Source: Acidimicrobiales bacterium (GTDB taxonomy: Bacteria > Actinomycetota > Acidimicrobiia > Acidimicrobiales > CATQHL01). Taken from it: a stretch of DNA of 64,000 bases. Positions 8,072 through 16,591 of this stretch are shown here, in pieces. The DNA lies in contig CBDBQD010000001.1 in assembly GCA_965209115.1 (NCBI GenBank), positions 1,122,071-1,186,070 of the forward strand. The letters are read 5' to 3'. A model generated the notes under the pieces. That model was not told the origin of the DNA. It made no database searches and worked only from the letters and a program-made list of their open reading frames with translations. Numbering within the stretch: the stretch's first letter is position 1; each line of letters starts with the position of its first letter. The position numbers and the translations under genes were made by a program.

Positions 8072-9910
8072 CTAGTCGAGCCAGGTCTCGGTCAGGAATG
8101 CCCGTCCGCGCAGGATGTTGAGAAGCTCGCCGCCGTCGGGCAGCGTGATCCGGGCGAGGTTCTTGACTTCCGGGCGATGGGGCAGGATCCAGCGCACCCA
8201 GTGCAGCCAGATGTTGTGGACCCCGTCGGCGAGGGCCCGGTTCACGTCCTCGGCGATCCGGCGCAACTCGTCGCGATCCGTCGTGACGGTGGCCCTGTCC
8301 AGAGCCGCGTCGAGGGGCTCACTCACGATGCGCCCCAGATTCAGGGCCAGACCGGTGGTGAAGTTGGAGTGCCACCAGACCCGCTCGCTGGCCAGGCTGA
8401 TCCCGTCGTGGTTCCGCCACAGGTTCACCTGGAAGTTCCCCATGACCGCGTTGCGAATCAGGGCGCCCTGGTCGAGTTGGCTGATCCGGACCTCGAGGCC
8501 GCAGTCCGCCCACATCTGGGCGAGCAGTTCCGCCGATGTCCGTTCGAATGGCTCGTTCGTGGTGCCGAGCGCGATGGCTCCGGGGTCCGGTAGCTGCGCC
8601 CAGAGGGCGCGACCGGCCTCGAGATCGAAAGCGGGGAATCCGGTGTCGGCCAGGTGGCCGGGTGTATACGGGGAGAAAGGCCCGTTGGCGATATCGAAGT
8701 TGCCCCCGGTTCGGAGCAGGTTGTAGGTCTCGTGGTCGGTGCAGTGGGCCAGTGCCCGTCGGGCATCGAGGTCGTCGAAGGGCGGCGCACCATTGTTGAG
8801 CAGCAGATGGTGCGTCTGCAGGAAGCTGCGCTCCTCCACCGTGTTGAAGTTCTCCCGGTAGTGGTCGAAATCCAGGCCGATGTCGGAATGGGTGACGTGA
8901 ATGTCGCCGAGTTGCAGAGCCACCTTCCGGGAGTCGGACTCGATGATGGGCCGGAACACGATCCGATCCAAGTAGGGAACGGTGCGGCCGGCGGCATCGG
9001 TCCGCCAGTATTCGGCGTTGCGCTCCACGACCAGTTCCTGATCGGGAATCCACGACTTGAACACGAAGGGGCCCGTGCCGACCGGATTGGCCGCGCCGTC
9101 GGGGTTGGCGTACTGGCTCGGGGCGGCCAGGTAGCCCAGTTGGCCGGTCAGGCCGCCGGGCAGGCCGGCGAACGAGACCTCGGAGTAGAGCACCAGCGTC
9201 AGATCGTCGATCACTTCCCAGCCCGTGAGCCGCCGCAGGGTCTGACCCGGAAGGGCGCCACTCAGCAGATTCTGGAAGTGGGTGGCAAGGGCGGCCGCGT
9301 TCGCAGGGGTGCCGTCGTGGAAGGTGATGCCGGGGCGCATCCTGAACGTCCAGACGGTGAAGTCCTCATTGGCCTCGAAGGACTCCAGCAGGTAGGGCTG
9401 CAGTTCGCCGTCGGTGTCGGTGATGGTCAGCGGATCGAAGACGGCGCGCATGATGGTGTGACACGACACGGCGCAGGACTGGGTTGCCGGATTCCAGCCG
9501 CCGGGCGTCTCGGCCTCGAGGCCAACGAACAGCGTTCCCCCGTAGACGGGTTCCGTGGTCGGCTCCGGCGCTGCCACCGGGGCCGGCGGCGGGGGTGGTG
9601 GGTCGCTCGGCGGCTGAGGCTCGGCCGCGGCCGGCGTGGGCGGTGGGTCGGGGTCGGCCGGTGGATTGGCGGGCTCGGGTGGTTCGCTCGGCGGCTGAGG
9701 CTCGGCCGCGGCCGGCGCGGGCGGTGGGTCGGGGTCGGCCGGCGGAGCGGTGGGCGCCGGCGGTGCGCCGGATTCCGGAGCCGGGCCGTCAGCCGGAACA
9801 GTCGGAGCCGGTGGGTCGTCCTGGCCGCCGCAGGCCGCGGCGAGGAGGAGCACGATGGCCGCTGCGGCGAGCAGGCGGAGGCTCGTTTGCTTTGGCACGC
9901 GTGGTCCCAA
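8072..9910 (-). CDS. ABC substrate-binding lipoprotein, family 5, paralog 2
   Basis: Lipobox LLLAAAC and a Pro-rich tether. The body is collinear with paralogs 1 and 3 (for example ...GRAFLTETWLD at the C-terminus). Start is TTG 9910 or GTG 9898. Confidence 0.85.
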   Translation of the reverse strand: MGPRVPKQTSLRLLAAAAIVLLLAAACGGQDDPPAPTVPADGPAPESGAPPAPTAPPADPDPPPAPAAAEPQPPSEPPEPANPPADPDPPPTPAAAEPQPPSDPPPPPPAPVAAPEPTTEPVYGGTLFVGLEAETPGGWNPATQSCAVSCHTIMRAVFDPLTITDTDGELQPYLLESFEANEDFTVWTFRMRPGITFHDGTPANAAALATHFQNLLSGALPGQTLRRLTGWEVIDDLTLVLYSEVSFAGLPGGLTGQLGYLAAPSQYANPDGAANPVGTGPFVFKSWIPDQELVVERNAEYWRTDAAGRTVPYLDRIVFRPIIESDSRKVALQLGDIHVTHSDIGLDFDHYRENFNTVEERSFLQTHHLLLNNGAPPFDDLDARRALAHCTDHETYNLLRTGGNFDIANGPFSPYTPGHLADTGFPAFDLEAGRALWAQLPDPGAIALGTTNEPFERTSAELLAQMWADCGLEVRISQLDQGALIRNAVMGNFQVNLWRNHDGISLASERVWWHSNFTTGLALNLGRIVSEPLDAALDRATVTTDRDELRRIAEDVNRALADGVHNIWLHWVRWILPHRPEVKNLARITLPDGGELLNILRGRAFLTETWLD

Positions 9911-10013
9911 TGATCCATTCCACCCGGGCGTCGGTGCTGACTGACTGTCCTTCGAGCACGATCAGTATTTCACGTCCATCCCGTGGAGGGGTGACGATCC
10001 CGCGCCTGGTCGG

Positions 10014-11864
10014 CTACTCGGTCCAGGTCTCGGTGACGAACGCCCGTCCTTCGATGAGGTTGAGGATCTCGCGCCCGTCGGGAAGTGTCAGCAGCGCCAG
10101 GTTTTGGACGTGGTCCTGATGTGGCAGCATCCAGAGCGACCAGTTCAGCCAGACGTTGTAGACGCCCGCGGCGAAGACCCGGTTGATCTCCTCGGCGAGT
10201 GCTCGCAACTCGTCGAGGTCGGTGGTCCGGGCGGCTGCATCCAGTGCCGCGTCGAGCGCGGGATCCACGATTCGTCCGAAGTTGACGGCCAGACCGGCGG
10301 CGTACTCCGAATGCCACCAAGTGCGCTCGTTCTCGAGGCTGGCGCCGTTGTGGTTCCGCCACAGGAACGTCTGGAAGAGCCCGAAGACGGCGTTGGTGAT
10401 GAGGGTTCCCTGGTCCACCTGGGTGATCTGGGTGTCGATGCCGCAGTCGTTCCACATCTGTGAGATCAGCTCGGTGGTCGTCCGGTTGAAGGAGTCGTTC
10501 GTCGTGCCGAGTTCCACCACGCCCGGATTGTCCAGCTGGCTCCAGAGGGCACGTCCTGTGTCGGGGTCGAAGGTGGGGAACCCGGAGTCGGCGAGGTAGC
10601 CGGGCGTGTTCGGCCCGAAGGGGCCGTTGGCGATGGGAGTGTTGCCGCCGACTCGCAGAAGGTTGTAGGTCTCGTAGTCGGTGCAGTGGGCCACCGCCTG
10701 CCGGGCGCGAATGTCGTTGAAGGGCGGGTTGGCGGCGTTCAGCATCATGTAGGTGGTCTGGAAGTAGCTTCCCTCCTCCACCACCTTGTAGCGCTCCCTG
10801 TACTCGTTCGCCTTGAGGGCGGAGTTGATGTGATGGACGTCCAGGTCGCCCGACGCCAGGGCCAGATCGCGGGTCTCCTGGTCGGGGATGGGGCGGAACA
10901 CCACGCGGTCGAGATACGGGAGTCGGCGTCCTTCGGCGTCGGTCTTCCAGTAGTTGGGGTTGCGGTCCGCCACCAACTCCCTGTCGGGCGTCCAGGACGT
11001 GAAGATGAAGGGACCGGTGCCGACCGGCCTGATGGCCCCGTCGGGGTCGGCGTACTGGCTCGGCGCGGGCAGGTAGCCCAACTGGCCGGTCAGCAGCGCG
11101 GGCAGACCGGCGAGGGGACCGGCGGTTCGCACTTCCACGGTCAGGTCGTCGATCACCTCCCAGCTCTCCCAGCGGCGCACGATCAGGCCGGTGAGGGTTC
11201 CCCCCTTCAGATTGTCGAAGTGGACGGCGAGGGCGGCGCCGTCGGCCGGCGTGCCGTCGTGGAACGTGATGCCGGGCCGCATCTTGAGCGTCCAGACGGT
11301 GAAGTCCTCGTTGGCCTCGAAGGACTCGAGCAGGAAGGGCTCGGGTGCACCGGACGGGCCTTCGATCGTGAGCGGGTCGAAGATAGCGCGCATCACGGTG
11401 TGGCAGGCCACGGCGCACTGCGTGGTCGCCGGATTCCAGCCCTGGCCGGTCTCAGCCTCCAGGCCGAACACCAGCGTTCCCCCGTAGACCGGCTCGGCGA
11501 CGGGCTCGGGTGCTGCCACCGGCGCGGGTGGGGGCGGTGCCGGCGGGTCGTCCGCTGCCGGCGGTGGTGCGGGCGGGTCGCCGGGGGCCGGTGGCGGTGC
11601 CGGCGGGTCGCCGGGTGCGGGTGGCGGTGGGGGCGGGCCGTCTGCTGCCGGCGGCGGTGGGGGCGGGTCGCCGGGTGCGGGAGGCGGTGGGGGCGGGTCG
11701 CCGGGCGCGGGCGGTGCCGGAACCCCGACGGTCTCGGTCACCGGCGCCGCAACGTCTCCAGAGTCCCCCCCGCAGGCGGCGGCCACGAGGATAACGATCA
11801 GCGCCACCGCCGGCAGGCGTCGGGTCCGGCGCCTGCGAGCGTTACGCAGCGAAGTGGTCGTCAT
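10014..11864 (-). CDS. ABC substrate-binding lipoprotein, family 5, paralog 3
   Basis: Start at ATG 11864 (MTTTSLRNARRRRTRRLPAVALIVILVAAAC) with GGAAGGGGGAG upstream. PAPGDPPxPP-type tether. Confidence 0.85.
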   Translation of the reverse strand: MTTTSLRNARRRRTRRLPAVALIVILVAAACGGDSGDVAAPVTETVGVPAPPAPGDPPPPPPAPGDPPPPPPAADGPPPPPPAPGDPPAPPPAPGDPPAPPPAADDPPAPPPPAPVAAPEPVAEPVYGGTLVFGLEAETGQGWNPATTQCAVACHTVMRAIFDPLTIEGPSGAPEPFLLESFEANEDFTVWTLKMRPGITFHDGTPADGAALAVHFDNLKGGTLTGLIVRRWESWEVIDDLTVEVRTAGPLAGLPALLTGQLGYLPAPSQYADPDGAIRPVGTGPFIFTSWTPDRELVADRNPNYWKTDAEGRRLPYLDRVVFRPIPDQETRDLALASGDLDVHHINSALKANEYRERYKVVEEGSYFQTTYMMLNAANPPFNDIRARQAVAHCTDYETYNLLRVGGNTPIANGPFGPNTPGYLADSGFPTFDPDTGRALWSQLDNPGVVELGTTNDSFNRTTTELISQMWNDCGIDTQITQVDQGTLITNAVFGLFQTFLWRNHNGASLENERTWWHSEYAAGLAVNFGRIVDPALDAALDAAARTTDLDELRALAEEINRVFAAGVYNVWLNWSLWMLPHQDHVQNLALLTLPDGREILNLIEGRAFVTETWTE

Positions 11865-12007
11865 GCTCCCCCTTCCGGTCCGGCCGCGGCGGGTCCACCC
11901 ACGACGGGCCGCGGCCCGGCTGACCGTCGTCTCCCCGATGCTAGCTAGTCGCCCGGTGCCGAGCTTGGTAGGCACCCGTCTCGAGCGGGGCACATTTCTT
12001 GGGGCAG

Positions 12008-12032
12008 GTTTTGTGGCCCTACTCCACAAAAC
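12008..12032. promoter_or_regulatory. Perfect AT-rich inverted repeat GTTTTGTGG-N7-CCACAAAAC upstream of the SBP operon
   Basis: 9-bp arms in the 240-bp gap between the ligase stop (12105) and the SBP3 start (11864). No U-tract, so it looks like an operator. Confidence 0.3.
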
Positions 12033-12104
12033 TCGGCCAAGAAAGGTGGCTCGGCCTGATTCCTGTCGGTTGCCGGGGTTCCCCAGCCGTCAGGAGAACG
12101 GCGG

Positions 12105-13769
12105 TCAGGTCGCTGCGGGGCCGGTGGCGTCGCGGCGAGCGGCGAGGGCGGCGCCGCGTTCGATGAGTTCGCTGCGCAAGACCTTGCCCATGTGGTTCCG
12201 GGGAAGCTCGGCGACGGGGTGGAGCCGCTTCGGCACCTTGTAGGCGCTGAGGTTCCGGCGCGCCCAGCGGCGCAGTTCGTCGGGATCGAAGCCGGCCGAG
12301 CTGACCACGAAGGCCGTGACCTCCTCGCCCCAGCGCGTCGACGGCACTCCCGCCACGGCCACGGCGTCGACGGCGGGGTGGCCGGCCAGCGCCTCCTCCA
12401 CCTCGGTCGGATGCACGTTCATGCCGCCGGTGATGATGATGTCCTTGAGACGCCCGACGATGGTGACCGCCCCTGTGGCCGGGTCGGCTTCGGCCTGATC
12501 GCCGGTGGCGAACCAGTCACTTTCGGCGAGGGGTGCTTGCCCGGCGTAGCCGCCGAAGAGTTGCGGACCGCGGACCGATAGTTCGCCGGTTGCCTCGTCG
12601 ATGCTGATCTCGACCCCCGGCAGCGGGAAGCCCACGCCGCCGGGCCGGCGCGCTCCGTCGTGGAGGTTCGAGATGTTCAGCCCCGACTCGGTTGTGCCGT
12701 AGCGCTCCAACGGCGGCATGCCCAAGGTGTTCTGGATCCGTTCGAAGAGGGCCGCCGGCAGAGGCGCCGAGCCGGAGATCGCCAGACGCAGCGCGGGCGC
12801 CTGCACCGTGGGGTGGGTGGCGACGATGCGTTCCCATATGGCGGGAACGGCCAGGAGGATCGAGGCGCTGCGCCGTTTCGCCTCGTCGATGAGCTGTTCG
12901 GGGTCGAATCGTGAAAGGCAGTGGAGGGACGACCCCGACAGCACCGAGGCGTGCAGGGCGCCGAGACCGTGCTGGTGGTGCATCGGCAGGGCGTGCACCA
13001 CGACGTCGCGGCGCATCCAGCGCCAAGCCGACATGACGCCGCGGATCGAGGCCTGCACGTCGCCGTGGCGCAGCGGCGCCATCTTGGGTTCGCCGGTCGT
13101 GCCGGAGGTGAACGCGCCGATCGCCACGTCGCCGCTGCGGGGCAGCCGCGCCAGCGGCACGCCAGTGGTGCCGGTGGCGGCGGCCGGCAGCCCGACCGGC
13201 AGGTGCAGGACGCCGCCGGTGCCGCGCCCGTCGGGCCGTTCCCGCACCGGGTCGCCGCCGGCCGTCGAGCCGTGTGACGACTCGGCGATCTCCTCGGCGA
13301 GGTCGTCGACCAGGAGATCCGAGACGGTGTCGGTCGCCTGACCGCCGGTGATCGCCGCGGCGGCCTCCGCCCGGACCATCCGGGCGCGCAGCTCGGTGGC
13401 GGTGGCGTCGGGGCCCGAGAGCACCACCGGCGAGCGCAGGGTGAGCAGTGCCAGGTAGCAGCGGATGAAGTCGAGCGAGTTGGGTGCCGCCAGCAGGCTG
13501 GCCGACCCCTCCCTGACACCCAGCGACGCCAGATGCGAGGCCAGGGCGTCCACCTGGCGGGCGAGGACCGCCAAGCTCACCTGCTGGTCGTCCACGCCGA
13601 TGAGGGTGCGCTCGCCGCCGGCGTAGGCCCGCCGTCGCAGCGCCCGCGGCAACGAACCGCCCCGCAGCCTGCGGGCCAACTCCCGGCGGTCCACCAGCGG
13701 CGGGAGCCTCGGGTCGTGCAGCCTCCAGGCGCGCGCCGTGGCCTCGTCCACAGGTTCCGTCGGCGCCAT
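12105..13769 (-). CDS. AMP-dependent synthetase/ligase (acyl-CoA synthetase family)
   Basis: AMP-binding motif FTSGTTGEPK. Start set at MAPTEPVDE, 7 bp after the upstream crotonase stop. Confidence 0.85.
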   Translation of the reverse strand: MAPTEPVDEATARAWRLHDPRLPPLVDRRELARRLRGGSLPRALRRRAYAGGERTLIGVDDQQVSLAVLARQVDALASHLASLGVREGSASLLAAPNSLDFIRCYLALLTLRSPVVLSGPDATATELRARMVRAEAAAAITGGQATDTVSDLLVDDLAEEIAESSHGSTAGGDPVRERPDGRGTGGVLHLPVGLPAAATGTTGVPLARLPRSGDVAIGAFTSGTTGEPKMAPLRHGDVQASIRGVMSAWRWMRRDVVVHALPMHHQHGLGALHASVLSGSSLHCLSRFDPEQLIDEAKRRSASILLAVPAIWERIVATHPTVQAPALRLAISGSAPLPAALFERIQNTLGMPPLERYGTTESGLNISNLHDGARRPGGVGFPLPGVEISIDEATGELSVRGPQLFGGYAGQAPLAESDWFATGDQAEADPATGAVTIVGRLKDIIITGGMNVHPTEVEEALAGHPAVDAVAVAGVPSTRWGEEVTAFVVSSAGFDPDELRRWARRNLSAYKVPKRLHPVAELPRNHMGKVLRSELIERGAALAARRDATGPAAT

Positions 13770-13776
13770 TCCGGCT

Positions 13777-14583
13777 CTACCGCTGGAGGCCTTCGAGGCT
13801 GCCTGTCCAGTTCTCACGGTTCCCGGTCCGCTCGCGCTCCAGCGGTTCGTGGAGGTCGGCGTTCAGGAGCTCCTTGAGGCGGGCGCGGGCCTCGGGATGG
13901 GTGCGGGTGATCTCGGCGAGCAGTTCCTCCCGCCTGGGGGTGGCGATCCCCAGCCGGATGGCCTCCGGCGCGTCCACCCGGCGCGTCGTGAGGCACATGT
14001 CGGCCGCCGCGTGGCGCCCGGCGATGTGAACCAGTGCCCACGCACCGACGGCCAAGCCGTGCCCGGCGCCCGCGAAGCGGAACCAGGCCTCGGACGTGGC
14101 CATGCAGACGTCGGCGGCGAGGCACAGTTGGGCGCCCCCGCCCACGGCCGCACCGGCGACATCGGCCACGAAGATGACAGGCGACTCGAGCATTCGCTGG
14201 TACGTGGCGTAGAGCCGGTCCGACACGAGGGCCCGCTCGGCGTCGGGCAGGGTGAGGTCGGCGCCGGAGCAGAACACCCCGTCGAGCGAGGAGCGGATCA
14301 CGAGCGCCGCGTCCTGCCGTGCCTCGGCGCGATCGATGGCCTCGTGCAGCCTGACCAGGAAGGCATCGTCGACGGCGTTGCGACGCTTCTCGTCGGACAT
14401 CAGGAACTCGGAACAACCGTCGGGGATCGGTCGTCGGACCCCCGGGGTGGGTGCGGGCCGAGGCCCGGTCCGCCGTCGCCGCCGTGGCTTCGGAGGCAGC
14501 GGCATCCCCTGAGCCCCAAAGGCCCCGGAATAGTCCCGTGGGTCAACGGGTGCGCCCCAGTCGGGATTGCGGCGACCGATCAT
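13777..14583 (-). CDS. Enoyl-CoA hydratase/isomerase (crotonase) family protein, start uncertain
   Basis: FCSGADL and GGGAQLCLAADV motifs. Starting at ATG 14400 would delete the first crotonase strand (CSEFLMSDEKRRNAV), so ATG 14583 is preferred. Confidence 0.7.
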   Translation of the reverse strand: MIGRRNPDWGAPVDPRDYSGAFGAQGMPLPPKPRRRRRTGPRPAPTPGVRRPIPDGCSEFLMSDEKRRNAVDDAFLVRLHEAIDRAEARQDAALVIRSSLDGVFCSGADLTLPDAERALVSDRLYATYQRMLESPVIFVADVAGAAVGGGAQLCLAADVCMATSEAWFRFAGAGHGLAVGAWALVHIAGRHAAADMCLTTRRVDAPEAIRLGIATPRREELLAEITRTHPEARARLKELLNADLHEPLERERTGNRENWTGSLEGLQR

Positions 14584-14628
14584 GTGGTTCACGATAGATG
14601 ACGTGCCGGCGGTCCTCGACGCCTGGAG

Positions 14629-15543
14629 GTGATGGCAGTGGCGACTGAATCCGAGACGTCCACGCTGGCGGTCAAGACCGCTGACGGGGTGGCGCTGCAC
14701 ACAGAAGCAGTCGGCAGCGGCGATCCGATCCTGTTCATCCATGAGTTCGCCGGCGACCATCGCACCTGGGAGCCGCAGATGCGGCGGTTCTCACGCAGTC
14801 ACCGCTGCATCACCTACGGCGCGCGCGGCTATCCCCCGTCCGAGGTTCCGCCCGATCCCGCCGCGTACTCCCAGCAGCACGCCGTCGGCGACGCCGTCGC
14901 GGTGCTTGACGCCCATTCGGTCACCGAGGCGCACGTTGTCGGGATCTCCATGGGAGGTTTCGCCGGGCTGCACCTCGCCATGCAGCATCCGGAGCGTGTC
15001 AGGTCGGTGGTCGCGGCGGGCACGGGTTACGGCGCCCGCCCCACCGAAGTTGACCGCTTCCGCTGGGAGTGTGATGCCATCGCGGAGGTGATCGAGACCG
15101 CGGGAATCGCTGCGTTCGCCGAGCAGTACATGTCCGGGCCGTCGCGGGTGCAACTGCAGAACAAAGATCACCGCGCCTGGCAGGAGTACACCAGGTGGGT
15201 GAGCGAGCATTCGGCGGAAGGCTCGGCCGCCACGATGCGCGGCGTGCAGCGGGAAAGGCCGTCGCTGTACGCCCTGGAGGCTGAACTGGCGGCGATCGCG
15301 GCCCCGGTGCTCGTTCTGGCCGGCGACGAGGACGACGGCTGCCTGGAGACGAGCGTGTGGCTGAAGAGGGTGGTCCCGACGTCCGGCCTCGCCGTCCTCC
15401 CCAAGTCGGGGCACACGCTGAACGTCGAGGAGCCGGATCTTGTGAACACGCTCATCGCGGACTTTCTGCACCGGGTCGAGGCCGGCGTTTGGGGACCGCG
15501 AGATCCGCGCGCCGATCCGGGAGCCATCACCGGCTTCTCGTGA
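14629..15543 (+). CDS. Alpha/beta hydrolase
   Basis: Nucleophile elbow GISMGG and an HEFAGDH oxyanion region. Start is GTG 14629, ATG 14632 or GTG 14638. Confidence 0.85.
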   Translation: MMAVATESETSTLAVKTADGVALHTEAVGSGDPILFIHEFAGDHRTWEPQMRRFSRSHRCITYGARGYPPSEVPPDPAAYSQQHAVGDAVAVLDAHSVTEAHVVGISMGGFAGLHLAMQHPERVRSVVAAGTGYGARPTEVDRFRWECDAIAEVIETAGIAAFAEQYMSGPSRVQLQNKDHRAWQEYTRWVSEHSAEGSAATMRGVQRERPSLYALEAELAAIAAPVLVLAGDEDDGCLETSVWLKRVVPTSGLAVLPKSGHTLNVEEPDLVNTLIADFLHRVEAGVWGPRDPRADPGAITGFS

Positions 15544-15574
15544 GGCCGTCCAGGCGGGGGTGTGACATCATTTC

Positions 15575-16402
15575 GTGCAGGATGACGAATCAGGGAGAGC
15601 GCCCGTGGACCTACAACTGACCGACAAGGCCGCCATCATCACCGGCGGGAGCATGGGTATCGGCAAGGCCGTCGCCGAGGGGCTGGCCGCCGAGGGTTGC
15701 GATGTCGCCATCGTGGCTCGGGGGCAGGAGTTGCTGGAGGATGTGGCGGCGGACATCGCCGCGGCCAGCGGCAGGCGCTGCCTCCCGCTGGTGGGCGACA
15801 TGAGCAGCACTGAGGACGCCAACCGGGTGGTGGATGCCGCCGCCGAGGCGTTCGGCGGGCTGGACATCTGCGTGCCGAACGCAGGCAGCTCGCCCGGCGG
15901 GCTCCTCGAGGAGCTGACCGACGACCAGTGGAACGCCAGCCTCCAGCTCAAGTTCATGGGCCACGTGCGGACGGTGCGCGCCGCGGTGCCGCACCTGCGA
16001 GCCCGCGGCGGGGGCTCCATCGTCATGGTGGTCGGGAACGACGGTCTCAAGCCCTCGTACTGGGAGATGACCGCCGGCGTCGCCAATGCCGCCGACATCA
16101 ACTTCGCCTCCTCGGTTGCCGAGCAGTACGGCCGCATCGGCATCCGCTGCAACACCGTCAACCCCGGGCCTGTGGCGACCACCCGTTGGGACTACTTGGA
16201 GGAGGCCATGGCCCGCGACAAGAAGATAAGCCGGGAGCGGGCCCACGAGATCACCATCGACAGCCTGCCGCTGGGGACGATCTGCACGGCCCAGCAGGTG
16301 GCGGACGTGGTCGTCTTCCTGGCCTCACCACGCGGCGGCTACGTCAACGGCGCGCACATCCTCCTGGACGGAGGCCAGCGCAAGGCGCTGATGGACGTCT
16401 GA
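15575..16402 (+). CDS. SDR family oxidoreductase
   Basis: Rossmann motif TGGSMGIGKA; length typical of an SDR. Confidence 0.85.
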   Translation: MQDDESGRAPVDLQLTDKAAIITGGSMGIGKAVAEGLAAEGCDVAIVARGQELLEDVAADIAAASGRRCLPLVGDMSSTEDANRVVDAAAEAFGGLDICVPNAGSSPGGLLEELTDDQWNASLQLKFMGHVRTVRAAVPHLRARGGGSIVMVVGNDGLKPSYWEMTAGVANAADINFASSVAEQYGRIGIRCNTVNPGPVATTRWDYLEEAMARDKKISRERAHEITIDSLPLGTICTAQQVADVVVFLASPRGGYVNGAHILLDGGQRKALMDV

Positions 16403-16414
16403 GCCAAGCTCGGA

Positions 16415-16525
16415 CCCGGATCCGTCATCCCGGCGGAAGGCCCCGTCATCCCGGCCTGCCCCGTCATCCCGGCCTGCCCCGTCATCCCGGCCTGCCCCGT
16501 CATCCCGGCGCAGGCCGGGATCCAT
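16415..16525 (+). repeat. Tandem array of 5 CCGTCATCCCGGC half-sites (period 18-20 bp) ending in the full hairpin CCCGGC-GCAG-GCCGGG + ATCCAT
   Basis: Read directly from the sequence. Begins 13 bp after the SDR stop. Same architecture as 52607-52677. Confidence 0.9.
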
Positions 16526-16591
16526 GCTTGCCAACGGCTGGGTTGCTTCCTCCCAGCGCCGAGATCGAAACTGCCCGTCCGCTGCGGAGGC

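Noticed and set aside
7676-8593. Gly/Ala-rich and Pro/Arg-rich repeat ORFs over the SBP tether regions (for example 7676-8593+, 7569-7949-, 9427-9918-, 11510-11794+), considered as PE/PGRS-like or collagen-like genes.
   Set aside because: They are alternative-frame or antisense readings of the Pro-rich tether coding sequence of the SBP genes. The SBP frame is continuous with lipobox signal peptides and conserved SBP bodies.
16415-16525. Tandem repeats at 16.4 kb and 52.6 kb considered as CRISPR arrays.
   Set aside because: The period is only 18-21 bp with no unique spacers, there are just 3-5 units, and no cas genes are present. They are arrays of one arm of a REP-like hairpin.
16325-16534. 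ORFs translating the repeat arrays (DPGLRRDDGAGRDDGAG... at 16325-16534 minus; ...WIPAFAGMTGAFAGMTGASAGMTE... within 52074-52769 minus; WIPAFAGMTG within 25557-26267).
   Set aside because: These are ghost ORFs generated by repeats whose period is a multiple of 3. They have no start/RBS context and overlap real genes or intergenic hairpins.
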